From assembly GCF_963924895.1 (NCBI RefSeq), contig NZ_CAWURG010000037.1, positions 35,027 through 99,026 of the forward strand: DNA of 64,000 nt, written 5' to 3'. Source of the stretch: an uncultured Sphaerotilus sp. (GTDB taxonomy: Bacteria > Pseudomonadota > Gammaproteobacteria > Burkholderiales > Burkholderiaceae_C). Position 1 is the first letter of the stretch; each line of letters begins with the position of its first letter. A program made the translations under genes and the position numbers. Below are positions 29,374 to 38,155 of the stretch, in pieces. The notes beneath the pieces were generated by a model, which did not search any database, had not been told where the DNA came from, and was given only the letters and a program-made list of their open reading frames with translations.

Positions 29374-31419
29374 TCAATCGATCTCGATGCCGGGGTGGTA
29401 GTCCGCGGCCGGGGTGATCTTCCAGCGCCCCGCCAGGGTCGCACCCAGCAGCGCCGCGCCGCCGCAACCGGCCACCACCGCCCAGTGGGCCATCCACTGG
29501 CCGTCGTAGGCGCCGAACATGCTGGCCCGGAAGGCCCGCACGACCCAGGTGAAGGGCAGATAGGGGTGCAGCGCCTGGAAGAAGGGGGTGGCCAGCTCGA
29601 TCGGCAGGGTCGCACCGGCCGACGACAGCTGCACGATCAGCAGGATGATCCCGATCACCTTGCCCAGCTCGCCGAACCAGCGGACCAGCGCGAACAGGAT
29701 GAGCAGGAAGGTCAGTGAGGCCGCGGCCACGGTGACGACAAAGGGGCCGAGGTCGTGCACGCGGATGTTCAGGATGCCCATCATCATCGCCGCCATCACC
29801 GCCGACTGGCCCAGCACCACGGCCGAGGGCCAGACCAGCTTGCCGATGACCTGGGCGGAGCGGCGCAGCCCGACCGCGGTGTCGGGCAGGCGGCGCAGGT
29901 TGAACAGCAGTGCCGCGGTCACCGCCCCGACCCACAGCGACATGGGCACGAAGTTCGGTGCAAAGCCCGCGCCGTCGTTGCCCACCGGGGCGACGATCTC
30001 GATCGCGGGCTCGACCGAATCGGCCAGCCCGCGGGCGCTGCCTTCGGGCAGGGGCACGTCGCCGGGCAGCGCATCGGCCAGCAGGGCCAGTCCGTCGCGC
30101 AGCTGGGCGCTGCCGGATTCCAGCCGGGCGAGTCCGGTGTGCAGCTGACCGTGTCCGCTCTGCAGCTTGCGCAGGCCGTCGCCCAGTGCCAGCGCGCCGC
30201 TGCCCAGCTGCTGCGCGCCGTGCGGCAGGGCGTCGACGCGGCTGTCCTCGGGCAGGGCGGTGGTGATCTGGTGCAAGGCGCCGCTGAACTGCAGGAAGTT
30301 GCTCGACACGCTCTGGATGCCGGTCTGCAGCTGCTGCATCCCGCCGATCAGCTGCTGGTTGCTGTCGTGCGCCTGGGTCAGACCCAGGCCGAGCAGCTCG
30401 ACCCCGTCGTCGATCGCCTGGGCGCCCTCGGCCAGCCCGTCGCCGATCAGCGGGATCGGCTGGGTGCTGCGCTGCAGCGCCTGCGCGCCGGCCTTGAGCT
30501 GCCGGGTGCCCTGGTAAAGCTGTTCCAGGCCCTTGCCCAGCTCGGTCTGGCCCTGCACCAGACGCTGCGCGCCGGTTTTCAGCGGATCGAGGTCGGCCGC
30601 TGCCGGGCGGTGGCTGTCCAGCGTGCGCAGGCCCGAGGACAGCTGGCGCCAGCCGCCTGCGAACTGGGTGCTCGCGTCGGCCAGCTGGGTCGCGCCGCGC
30701 TGCACCTGCTGCACCGCCTCGCTCGCCTTGCCCAGCCCCACAGCCAGCTCGTCTGCGCCTTGCCGTGCCTGGTGGGTGCCGTCGGCCAGCAGCTGGCTGC
30801 CGGCATGCAGGTGCCCGACGCGGTCGCGCAGGGTGGCCAGATTCAGCTTCGAGCCTTGCGCCGTGGTCAGCACCATGTCCCAGCGCTGCTCGTTGAGCGC
30901 CTCGTTGACCCGGTGGGCCAGCTCCGGCGCAAAGCGCTTGGCAAAGCCGGCGCCGCTGTAGCTGTTGCCCTCGGAGGTGTAGATCACCAGCTTGGCCGCG
31001 CCCGCTTCGCGCCCCGGCACCGCCAGCTCGCTGAAGTTGGGCGGAATCAGCACGGCGAAGCTCAGCTCCCCCCGCCGCACGGCCCGCCGGGCCGACTCGG
31101 CATCGTCGAAGCGCTGCCACTGGAACAGCCCCTGGCGCAGCAGCGTCTGGCTGACGTCCTCGCCCATGTGCGAGGTCTGGCCGCGGAAGACCACCCCCGT
31201 GTCCGCATTGACCAGACCGGCCCGCAGGGCGCCGGTGCGTGTGCTCGGGTCCCACATGCTGGACAGGTAGATCAGCGCGTAGAGCGCCGGGATGAACAGG
31301 GCGCCGGCCACCACCAGTGCAAATCGGCGGTCCTGCGCGAGCAGCGTCCAGTCCGCACGGGCGAGCAGTCCCACCGCCCGCCACCAGCCCATGGTTTTGG
31401 TTCGTTTCTGATTGATCAT
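29374..31419 (-). CDS. YhgE/Pip-domain membrane protein
   Basis: One N-terminal TM plus a C-terminal ABC-2-like multi-TM bundle, with a long central region of Leu/Gly/Gln heptad-like repeats (TGAQRLVQGQTELGKGLEQLYQGTRQLKAGAQALQ; LRKLQSGHGQLHTGLARLESGSAQLRDGLALL). Start placed at ATG 31419 (or 31392), because the track's 31530 start would run across the rpoH promoter and start codon. Confidence 0.75.
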   Translation of the reverse strand: MINQKRTKTMGWWRAVGLLARADWTLLAQDRRFALVVAGALFIPALYALIYLSSMWDPSTRTGALRAGLVNADTGVVFRGQTSHMGEDVSQTLLRQGLFQWQRFDDAESARRAVRRGELSFAVLIPPNFSELAVPGREAGAAKLVIYTSEGNSYSGAGFAKRFAPELAHRVNEALNEQRWDMVLTTAQGSKLNLATLRDRVGHLHAGSQLLADGTHQARQGADELAVGLGKASEAVQQVQRGATQLADASTQFAGGWRQLSSGLRTLDSHRPAAADLDPLKTGAQRLVQGQTELGKGLEQLYQGTRQLKAGAQALQRSTQPIPLIGDGLAEGAQAIDDGVELLGLGLTQAHDSNQQLIGGMQQLQTGIQSVSSNFLQFSGALHQITTALPEDSRVDALPHGAQQLGSGALALGDGLRKLQSGHGQLHTGLARLESGSAQLRDGLALLADALPGDVPLPEGSARGLADSVEPAIEIVAPVGNDGAGFAPNFVPMSLWVGAVTAALLFNLRRLPDTAVGLRRSAQVIGKLVWPSAVVLGQSAVMAAMMMGILNIRVHDLGPFVVTVAAASLTFLLILFALVRWFGELGKVIGIILLIVQLSSAGATLPIELATPFFQALHPYLPFTWVVRAFRASMFGAYDGQWMAHWAVVAGCGGAALLGATLAGRWKITPAADYHPGIEID

Positions 31420-31454
31420 TCTCACAAGTCTGGCCTTTGCGTACTTTCTTGGCT

Positions 31455-31481
31455 TTAGCACTCGCTGAGAGCGAGTGCTAA
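31455..31481. promoter_or_regulatory. CIRCE element (HrcA operator), perfect match TTAGCACTC-N9-GAGTGCTAA
   Basis: The sequence reads TTAGCACTC GCTGAGAGC GAGTGCTAA. Both 9-nt arms are identical to the canonical CIRCE consensus with the canonical 9-nt spacer. The element ends 34 nt upstream of the rpoH ATG (31516). Confidence 0.8.
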
Positions 31482-31515
31482 ACTGAAAGGGAACTCCAGG
31501 ACGCAAGCACAGTCT

Positions 31516-32451
31516 ATGTCCACCATGCAACTGTCATCTTCCACTGCTCTTTCCTTGCGCGATCCGTGGGCCTTGGTGCCCTCGCTTGGCAATTTGGACG
31601 CCTACATCAGCGCCGTCAACCGGCTGCCGATGCTGACGGCCGAGGAAGAGTCGGGTCTGGCGCGCAAGCTGCGTGACAAGCAAGATCTGGACGCTGCCGG
31701 CCGGATGGTGCTGTCGCACCTGCGGCTGGTCGTGTCAGTGGCGCGCCAGTACCTCGGCTACGGTCTGCCGCATGGTGACCTGATCCAGGAAGGCAACGTC
31801 GGCCTGATGAAGGCCGTCAAGCGCTTCGACCCGGAGCAGGGCGTGCGTCTGGTCAGCTATGCGCTGCACTGGATCAAGGCCGAGATCCACGAATACATCC
31901 TGAAGAACTGGCGCATGGTCAAGGTCGCGACGACCAAGGCCCAGCGCAAGCTGTTCTTCAACCTGCGCTCGATGAAGCGCCAGTTCAAGGGCGAAGCCGC
32001 CGAGGGCGACACGCACCGCGCCGGCCTGTCCGAGGCCGAGATCGACAAGGTCGCCGCGCAACTGAACGTCAAGCGCGAAGAGGTCATCGAGATGGAAACC
32101 CGCTTCGCCGGTGGCGACGTGGCACTCGACCCCAGCGGCGATGACGACGACGACAACGCCTACGCCCCGATCGCCTACCTGGCTGACGACCGCCATGAGC
32201 CGACGCAGGCGATCGAGGCCCGCCACCGCGACGAACTCGCCGGCCCCGGTCTGCTGCGGGCGCTGGATGCGCTGGATGCGCGCAGCCGCCGCATCGTCGA
32301 GGAGCGCTGGCTCAAGGTCAACGACGACGGCTCCGGCGGCCTGACGCTGCACGATCTGGCCGCCGAGTACGGCGTCAGCGCCGAGCGCATTCGCCAGATC
32401 GAGGTCGCGGCGATGAAGAAGATGAAGAAGGCGCTGGTCGAGACCGCCTGA
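31516..32451 (+). CDS. rpoH: RNA polymerase sigma-32 (heat-shock sigma factor)
   Basis: 311 aa. Region 2 (DLIQEGNVGLMKAVKRFD) and the diagnostic RpoH box TKAQRKLFFNLRSMK. Confidence 0.93.
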   Translation: MSTMQLSSSTALSLRDPWALVPSLGNLDAYISAVNRLPMLTAEEESGLARKLRDKQDLDAAGRMVLSHLRLVVSVARQYLGYGLPHGDLIQEGNVGLMKAVKRFDPEQGVRLVSYALHWIKAEIHEYILKNWRMVKVATTKAQRKLFFNLRSMKRQFKGEAAEGDTHRAGLSEAEIDKVAAQLNVKREEVIEMETRFAGGDVALDPSGDDDDDNAYAPIAYLADDRHEPTQAIEARHRDELAGPGLLRALDALDARSRRIVEERWLKVNDDGSGGLTLHDLAAEYGVSAERIRQIEVAAMKKMKKALVETA

Positions 32452-32453
32452 TC

Positions 32454-33881
32454 TCATGGCCGCAGCGCATCGCGCGCTGCAGCGAACGCCCGCCAGAACC
32501 CCGCGTCCTGCGCCGTCGCGAAGTTGATCCGCATCCGCGTGCTCGGCTGGCGGCGCGCGTGGAAGAGGCTGCCGGGTGCCATCAGCCAGTCGGCGTCGAG
32601 CAGGCGCTGGGCGAGCTGCTCGGTGTCGACACCCGTCTCGACCCAGCCGAACAGCCCCTGTGGCGGACAGACAAAGCTGCAACCCGCCCCGAGCGCCAGC
32701 TGCACGCTGCGGTTGCGCGCCGCGTCCAGCCGGGCGCAGACCCGCTCGGCGTGGCGGCGCAGCTGCCCCTGTTCCAGACAGACCGCCACCGCCTGCTCCA
32801 GCAGCGCGGGCGTCGTCAGGCTCGACAGCAGCTTCACGTCGATCAGCCGCTCCACCTGCGATTCGGGCGCCGCCACATAGCCGACGCGCCAGCCCGGCGC
32901 CAGGATCTTCGAGAAGCCACTGACGTAGAAGGTGCGGCGCAGGCCATCGAGCGCGGACAGGCGCGGGGCGTGTGCCGGGGCGAGGTGGGCGTAGGTGTCG
33001 TCCTCCAGGATCTGCAGGTCGTGGTCCTGCGCGAGCTGCAGCAGGCGGTGCGCGGTGGACAGGCTCAGCATCCCGCCGGTCGGGTTGTGCAGCACCGAGA
33101 CAGTGACATACAGCCGCGGGCGGTGTTCCCGCGCCAGTGCGTCCATCACCGCCAGATCGGGACCGTCCGGGCCGCGTGGCACCGGCAGCAAGCGCATCCC
33201 GAGGTGGGTCAGCCGGGCGTATTCGACCGACCATCCGGGCTCGTCCACCAGCACCGCGTCGCCGGGCGTGAGCAGCGTGCGTGACACCAGATCGAGCGCC
33301 TGCGTCGCGCCCACGGCGGTGATGATCTGCGACGGCGCAGCGCGCACGCCGAAGTCGGCGATGCGGTCGGACAGCGCGGCGCGCAGGCGCGGATCACCGG
33401 CCGGCTCGCCGTACTGCAGCGAGGCGGCGGCGTCGCCGAGGCCGCGGTCTTCGGTGAGCACCTTGCGCAGCGCGGCGTGCAGCATCGGCAGGTCGAGCCA
33501 GCTCGGCGGCAGCGTGCCCAGGCCCGGGCCGGGGCGCTGGCTGTTGCGACCGAGCATCCCGCGGATGAGCGCGCTGGCGTCGAAGGGCACGGTGGGTGGG
33601 GCGGGGGGATGGGCGGTGCTGGCCGCAGGCAGGTCGCGCCGCAGTTCGCGCACGAAGAAGCCGCGCTGCCGGCGCGCCTCGACCAGCCCCTGCGCGAGCA
33701 GCTGGTCGTAGGCCGCGACGACGGTGTGCGGGCTGACCGCATGCCGCCGCGCGCAGTCGCGTACCGAGGGCAGCCGGGCGCCGGGCGAGAGCAGGCGGTG
33801 GCGGATGTGCTGGGCGAAGTGGGCCGCGAGCTGTTCGGCCAGGGTCTGGTCGCTGCGGCGGCTGAGCTGGGGCGGGTTCAT
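32454..33881 (-). CDS. MocR-family regulator (GntR-type wHTH fused to a PLP aminotransferase-like domain)
   Basis: Start at MNPPQLS (ATG 33881). wHTH region LPSVRDCARRHAVSPHTVVAAYDQLLAQGLV, and a fold-type-I domain with PLP-lysine context YVSGFSKILAPGWRVGY. Divergent from the lysE operon. Confidence 0.85.
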   Translation of the reverse strand: MNPPQLSRRSDQTLAEQLAAHFAQHIRHRLLSPGARLPSVRDCARRHAVSPHTVVAAYDQLLAQGLVEARRQRGFFVRELRRDLPAASTAHPPAPPTVPFDASALIRGMLGRNSQRPGPGLGTLPPSWLDLPMLHAALRKVLTEDRGLGDAAASLQYGEPAGDPRLRAALSDRIADFGVRAAPSQIITAVGATQALDLVSRTLLTPGDAVLVDEPGWSVEYARLTHLGMRLLPVPRGPDGPDLAVMDALAREHRPRLYVTVSVLHNPTGGMLSLSTAHRLLQLAQDHDLQILEDDTYAHLAPAHAPRLSALDGLRRTFYVSGFSKILAPGWRVGYVAAPESQVERLIDVKLLSSLTTPALLEQAVAVCLEQGQLRRHAERVCARLDAARNRSVQLALGAGCSFVCPPQGLFGWVETGVDTEQLAQRLLDADWLMAPGSLFHARRQPSTRMRINFATAQDAGFWRAFAAARDALRP

Positions 33882-33930
33882 GGTGGCGATGCGGCCTGGA
33901 TGGGGTCCGGTCGGATGTGTCGCTGCGGAG

Positions 33931-33972
33931 ACCAGTACAGTGGTGAACAGTATCGGTGTCAAGTGTACTGGT
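33931..33972. promoter_or_regulatory. Inverted repeat ACCAGTACA-N24-TGTACTGGT in the mocR/lysE divergent intergenic region; candidate MocR operator
   Basis: Perfect 9-bp arms read directly from the sequence, plus an extra GTACTGT copy immediately downstream. Located between ATG 33881 (minus strand) and ATG 34006 (plus strand). Confidence 0.35.
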
Positions 33973-34005
33973 ACTGTGCTGCTATAGCGCCCTAGACTGG
34001 CGCCC

Positions 34006-34611
34006 ATGCTCGCGATCACCGCCTCCGACTACCTCGCCTTGCTGGCGCTGGGCACGGCCATGTCCTTCACGCCCGGCCCCAACACGACGCTGTCCACCGC
34101 GATGGCCGCCAACCTCGGCCTGCGCCGGGCGATGCGCTTCTGTCTGGCGGTGCCGGTGGGCTGGGCGCTGATGCTGGGGCTGTGCAGCGTCGGGCTGGGC
34201 GCGGCGATCGCGGCGCAGCCGGTGCTGCGGATAGGCATCAAGGTGGTCGGCCTCAGCTACCTGCTGTGGCTGGCGTGGAAACTGACGCGCACGACGCAAC
34301 TCGGGCAGGTCGATGCTGCGCGCCTGCAGGTCGGTTTCTGGCAGGGCGTGGCGCTGCAGTTCGTCAACATCAAGGGCTGGATGTTCGCGCTGTCGGTGAC
34401 CGCTGGCTGGGTGCTGCCGGGGCCGGTGGGCGAGCGGCTGCTGGTGGTGCTGCCGACCATGGCGGCGTTTGCCTTCGCGAGCAACTTCACGTATGCCGTG
34501 GTCGGCGCACTGCTGCGGGGCTGGCTGGCGCAAGGGGCGCGGCTGGCGTGGTTCAACCGGGGCATGGCGGCCGTACTGGTGCTGACCGCCGTGTGGATGG
34601 GGCAGGCATGA
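34006..34611 (+). CDS. LysE/RhtB family amino-acid exporter
   Basis: 201 aa. N-terminal LALGTAMSFTPGPNTTLS is typical of the LysE family. Six predicted TM segments. Confidence 0.85.
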   Translation: MLAITASDYLALLALGTAMSFTPGPNTTLSTAMAANLGLRRAMRFCLAVPVGWALMLGLCSVGLGAAIAAQPVLRIGIKVVGLSYLLWLAWKLTRTTQLGQVDAARLQVGFWQGVALQFVNIKGWMFALSVTAGWVLPGPVGERLLVVLPTMAAFAFASNFTYAVVGALLRGWLAQGARLAWFNRGMAAVLVLTAVWMGQA

Positions 34612-35525
34612 CGACGCACCAATCGAATCTCTCGCCAGAGAACCGCGGTCTGCTGCTGGGGCTGCTGGGCGTGGTGATCTTCGCCCTGACGCTGCCGATG
34701 ACGCGGCTGGCGGTCGGCCCCGGCGAGGCGCCGCAGCTGCCGCCGCTGTTTGTCACCGCTGGGCGGGCGGCGGGGGCGGCGCTGCTGAGCGCGGTCTACC
34801 TCTGGCTGACCCGCGCCCCGTGGCCGACACGGCGCGATGCGCTGCCGCTGGCGGTGGCGGCGCTGGGCACGGTGCTCGGCTTTCCGCTGTTCATCGCGCT
34901 GGCGCTGCGCCAGGTGCCGTCGATGCACGCAGCGGTGATCACGGGCGTGCTGCCGCTGTTCACGGCGTCGGTAGCGGCGTGGCACCTGCGCCAGCGGCCG
35001 TCGAACGGGTTCTGGGTCTGCGCCGTGCTGGGCTGCGCGCTGGTGCTGGGCTTTGCGGCGGTGCAGGGCGGCGGGCATCTGGTCGCGGCGGACGGCCTGC
35101 TGCTGGGCGCGATGCTGAGTGCCGCGATCGGCTATGTCGCCGGGGCGCAGCTCTCGGCGCGCTGGCGGGCCGAGCACGTCATCTCGTGGGTGCTGGTCAT
35201 CAGCCTGCCGCTGACGCTGCCGGTGGCGTGGTGGGTGCGGCCTGCCGTGCCGGCCGACATTTCTGCAGCGGCCTGGGGCGGCTTCGCCTATGTCACGGTG
35301 TTCTCGATGTGGCTGGGCTTCTTCGCCTGGTTCCGCGGGCTGGCGCTGGGCGGCATGGTGCGGGTCAGCCAGGTGCAGATGGTGCAACCCTTCCTCGCGC
35401 TGCTGCTGGCGGTGCCGGTGCTGGGCGAGCCTTTGCAGATGTCGACGCTGGTGTTTGCCGTCGCGGTGGTCGCGGTGGTGTTCATCGGGAAGAGAATGGC
35501 AGTCCACAAGGAACCACGCGCATGA
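34608..35525 (+). CDS. DMT superfamily (EamA-type) transporter
   Basis: Start ATG 34608 overlaps the lysE stop (ATGA). About 10 TM segments in two EamA-like halves. The track's 34182 start overlaps lysE. Confidence 0.85.
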   Translation: MTTHQSNLSPENRGLLLGLLGVVIFALTLPMTRLAVGPGEAPQLPPLFVTAGRAAGAALLSAVYLWLTRAPWPTRRDALPLAVAALGTVLGFPLFIALALRQVPSMHAAVITGVLPLFTASVAAWHLRQRPSNGFWVCAVLGCALVLGFAAVQGGGHLVAADGLLLGAMLSAAIGYVAGAQLSARWRAEHVISWVLVISLPLTLPVAWWVRPAVPADISAAAWGGFAYVTVFSMWLGFFAWFRGLALGGMVRVSQVQMVQPFLALLLAVPVLGEPLQMSTLVFAVAVVAVVFIGKRMAVHKEPRA

Positions 35526-36742
35526 CTTTCGAACTCCCCCTCTGGAACCCCGCCCGCCGCGCGGCGCGGATGAACCCGTCCATCCTGCGCGAGATCCTCA
35601 AGGTCACCGACCGGCCGGGCATCCTGTCGCTGGCCGGCGGCCTGCCGTCGCCGGACACCTTTCCGGTCGAGGCGATGCGCGTGGCCTGCGACAAGGTGCT
35701 GCGCGAGACGCCGCGCGAAGCGCTGCAGTACGCCGCCAGCGAAGGCTTCATGCCGCTGCGCGAGTGGGTGGCCAGCCACCTGCGCGGACAGGGCATGACC
35801 GTCGACGCCGACCAGGTCCTCATCACCACCGGCTCGCAGCAGGGCCTGGACCTCGTGGCCAAGGTGCTGGTCGACGCCGGCGCGCCGGTCGCGGTCGAGG
35901 CGCCGACCTATCTGGGCGCCCTGCAGGCCTTCGCGCCGATGGAGCCGATCTTCGCCAGCATCCCCAGCGACGCGGACGGCCCGCTGCCCGAGGCGGTGGC
36001 CGCCCTGCCGCACGACGCGCCCGGCACGCGCTTCATGTATGTGCTGCCCAACTTCCAGAACCCGAGTGGCCGCGTCATGCCCGAGGCGCGGCGCGAGGCG
36101 CTGATCGCCGCGGCGAAGCAGGCCCGCGTGCCGCTGGTCGAGGACAACCCCTACGGCGACCTCTGGTACGACGCTCCGCCGCCCAAGACGCTGGCCGCGC
36201 GCTGGCCCGAGGGCGTGATCTACCTGGGCTCGTTCTCCAAGGTGCTGGCACCGGGCCTGCGCCTGGGCTATGTGGTGGCGCCGCGCGAACTCTTCCCCAA
36301 GCTGCTGCAGGCCAAGCAGGCGGCCGACCTGCACACGCCGGGCTTCAACCAGCGCGTGGTCTACGAGGTGATCCGCGACGGCTTCCTCGACCAGCATGTC
36401 CCCACCATCCGCGACCGCTACCGGGCCCAGCGCGATGCGATGCGCGAGGCGCTGCTGCAGCACCTGCCCGCCGGCAGCGAGTGGACGTCGCCGAGCGGCG
36501 GCATGTTCTGCTGGGTGCGGCTGCCCGAGGGCTGTGACGCCGTGGCGCTGCTGCCGAAGGCGGTCGACGAGGGCGTGGCCTTCGTGCCCGGTGCGGCGTT
36601 CTATGCCCACGCGCCCGATCCGCGCACGGTGCGCCTGTCCTTCGTGACGCTGACGCCGGACCAGATCCACACCGCTGTGGCCATCTTCGGCGCGGTGCTG
36701 AAACGCCACCTGACCGAGGACCAGCCGGAGCCGACGCCGTGA
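35522..36742 (+). CDS. PLP-dependent aminotransferase (class I/II, 2-aminoadipate/aromatic transaminase-like)
   Basis: Start ATG 35522 overlaps the eamA stop (ATGA). ILSLAGGLPSPDTFP, TTGSQQGLDL, and PLP-lysine motif GSFSKVLAPGLRLGY. Confidence 0.85.
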   Translation: MTFELPLWNPARRAARMNPSILREILKVTDRPGILSLAGGLPSPDTFPVEAMRVACDKVLRETPREALQYAASEGFMPLREWVASHLRGQGMTVDADQVLITTGSQQGLDLVAKVLVDAGAPVAVEAPTYLGALQAFAPMEPIFASIPSDADGPLPEAVAALPHDAPGTRFMYVLPNFQNPSGRVMPEARREALIAAAKQARVPLVEDNPYGDLWYDAPPPKTLAARWPEGVIYLGSFSKVLAPGLRLGYVVAPRELFPKLLQAKQAADLHTPGFNQRVVYEVIRDGFLDQHVPTIRDRYRAQRDAMREALLQHLPAGSEWTSPSGGMFCWVRLPEGCDAVALLPKAVDEGVAFVPGAAFYAHAPDPRTVRLSFVTLTPDQIHTAVAIFGAVLKRHLTEDQPEPTP

Positions 36743-37608
36743 ACAGCACCCCACGCGAGCGCCGCACCGCCGTGCTCGATGTCTTCACCGCGGAGCCGCT
36801 GAAGGGCAATCCGCTGGCGGTCGTCGTCGATGCCAACGGGCTGAGCGATGACCAGATGGCGGCGTACGCGCGCTGGACCAATCTGTCCGAAACGACCTTC
36901 CTGCTGCCGCCGACCGACCCGGGGGCGGACTACCGGGTGCGCATCTTCACGCCGGGTGGCGAGTTGCCCTTCGCGGGCCATCCGACGCTGGGCAGCTGCC
37001 AGGCGTGGCTGGATGCGGGTGGCGTGCCACGGCAGGCGGGCGTCGTGGTGCAGGAGTGCGGTGTCGGGCTGGTGCGTGTGCGGCAGGTCGACGGTGGATC
37101 GAATCGCCTGGCCTTCGCCGCGCCACCGCTGCGGCGCAGTGGTCCGGCCGAGCCTGAGGTGGTGGCGCAGGTGCTGCGTTCGCTGCGGCTGTCCGCCGAC
37201 GCGGTGCTGCAGGTCGAGTGGATCGACAACGGTCCCGGCTGGCTCGGTGTGCGTCTGCACGACGCTGCCGCCGTGCGCGCGCTGGTGCCGGATTACGTGG
37301 CGATGCGCGGGCTCAATGTCGGCGTGGTCGGCGCGTGGCCGGAGGGCGGGGCGGTCGATGTGGAGGTGCGGGCCTTCGTGCCGGACCTCGGGGTGCCGGA
37401 AGACCCGGTCACGGGCAGCCTGAACGCCGGGCTTGCGCAGTGGCTGATCGGCGCCGGACAGTTGCCGGCGCGTTATGTCGCCGGGCAGGGCCACGCGCTG
37501 GGGCGCGATGGCCGGGTGCATGTCGAGCACATCGCCGAGGGCGACTGGGCTGGCGTCTGGATCGCCGGCGACGTGACCCGCTGCATCGCCGGAACGCTGC
37601 GGTTGTGA
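36739..37608 (+). CDS. PhzF-family isomerase
   Basis: 289 aa. VFTAEPLKGNPLAVV ... NLSETTFL ... RIFTPGGELPFAGHPTLGS is the PhzF signature. GTGA overlap with the aminotransferase stop. Confidence 0.85.
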   Translation: MNSTPRERRTAVLDVFTAEPLKGNPLAVVVDANGLSDDQMAAYARWTNLSETTFLLPPTDPGADYRVRIFTPGGELPFAGHPTLGSCQAWLDAGGVPRQAGVVVQECGVGLVRVRQVDGGSNRLAFAAPPLRRSGPAEPEVVAQVLRSLRLSADAVLQVEWIDNGPGWLGVRLHDAAAVRALVPDYVAMRGLNVGVVGAWPEGGAVDVEVRAFVPDLGVPEDPVTGSLNAGLAQWLIGAGQLPARYVAGQGHALGRDGRVHVEHIAEGDWAGVWIAGDVTRCIAGTLRL

Positions 37609-37609
37609 T

Positions 37610-38062
37610 TCACTCCTTGCGGTAGTTGTCGTGACAGGCCTTGCAGGTCTGCGCGGCGGCGCCGAAGGCGGTCTTCAGTTGCGCCAGATCGCCGGTCTTG
37701 GCCGCGGCGTTGAGCTTGCCCATCTCTTCCTGCATCTTGGTCATGCCGCCCTTGAACTTGTCGGCTTCGGACCAGATTTCCGGCTTGGCGCGGGTCTCGC
37801 CCTTGTCGGTGCCGGCGATGAAGCCCGCCGCCGGCAGCGCGGACAGGTGGGTCAGCAGTTCGGCGTTCTCGGCAGCAGCCTTGGCGTCGAAGGGCGCCTT
37901 GTTGTTCACCATCGCACCGATGCGACCGAAGTGGTTGGCCATCACCGTGAAGGCGGCCTTGCGGTACTTGATCGCATCTTCGGGCTTCTGGAACTGGGCG
38001 CTGGCGGGCAGGGCCGCGAACAGGCCGGCGGTGGCGCACAGGGCGATGCACAGACGTTTCAT
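37610..38062 (-). CDS. Cytochrome c' (class II c-type cytochrome)
   Basis: Start at MKRLCIALCATAGLFAALPASA (ATG 38062, GGAG RBS). Four-helix-bundle-type sequence with the C-terminal haem motif CKACHDNYRK. The track's 388-aa extension is antisense to the next gene. Confidence 0.85.
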   Translation of the reverse strand: MKRLCIALCATAGLFAALPASAQFQKPEDAIKYRKAAFTVMANHFGRIGAMVNNKAPFDAKAAAENAELLTHLSALPAAGFIAGTDKGETRAKPEIWSEADKFKGGMTKMQEEMGKLNAAAKTGDLAQLKTAFGAAAQTCKACHDNYRKE

Positions 38063-38155
38063 TGGCAGAACTCCGGGTAGGGGCTGGCGCGGCCACATGG
38101 TCGCCGGACCAGTGTAGCCTCGCGTCCATGACCGGTTTTCATGCGAGGTAAAGCG

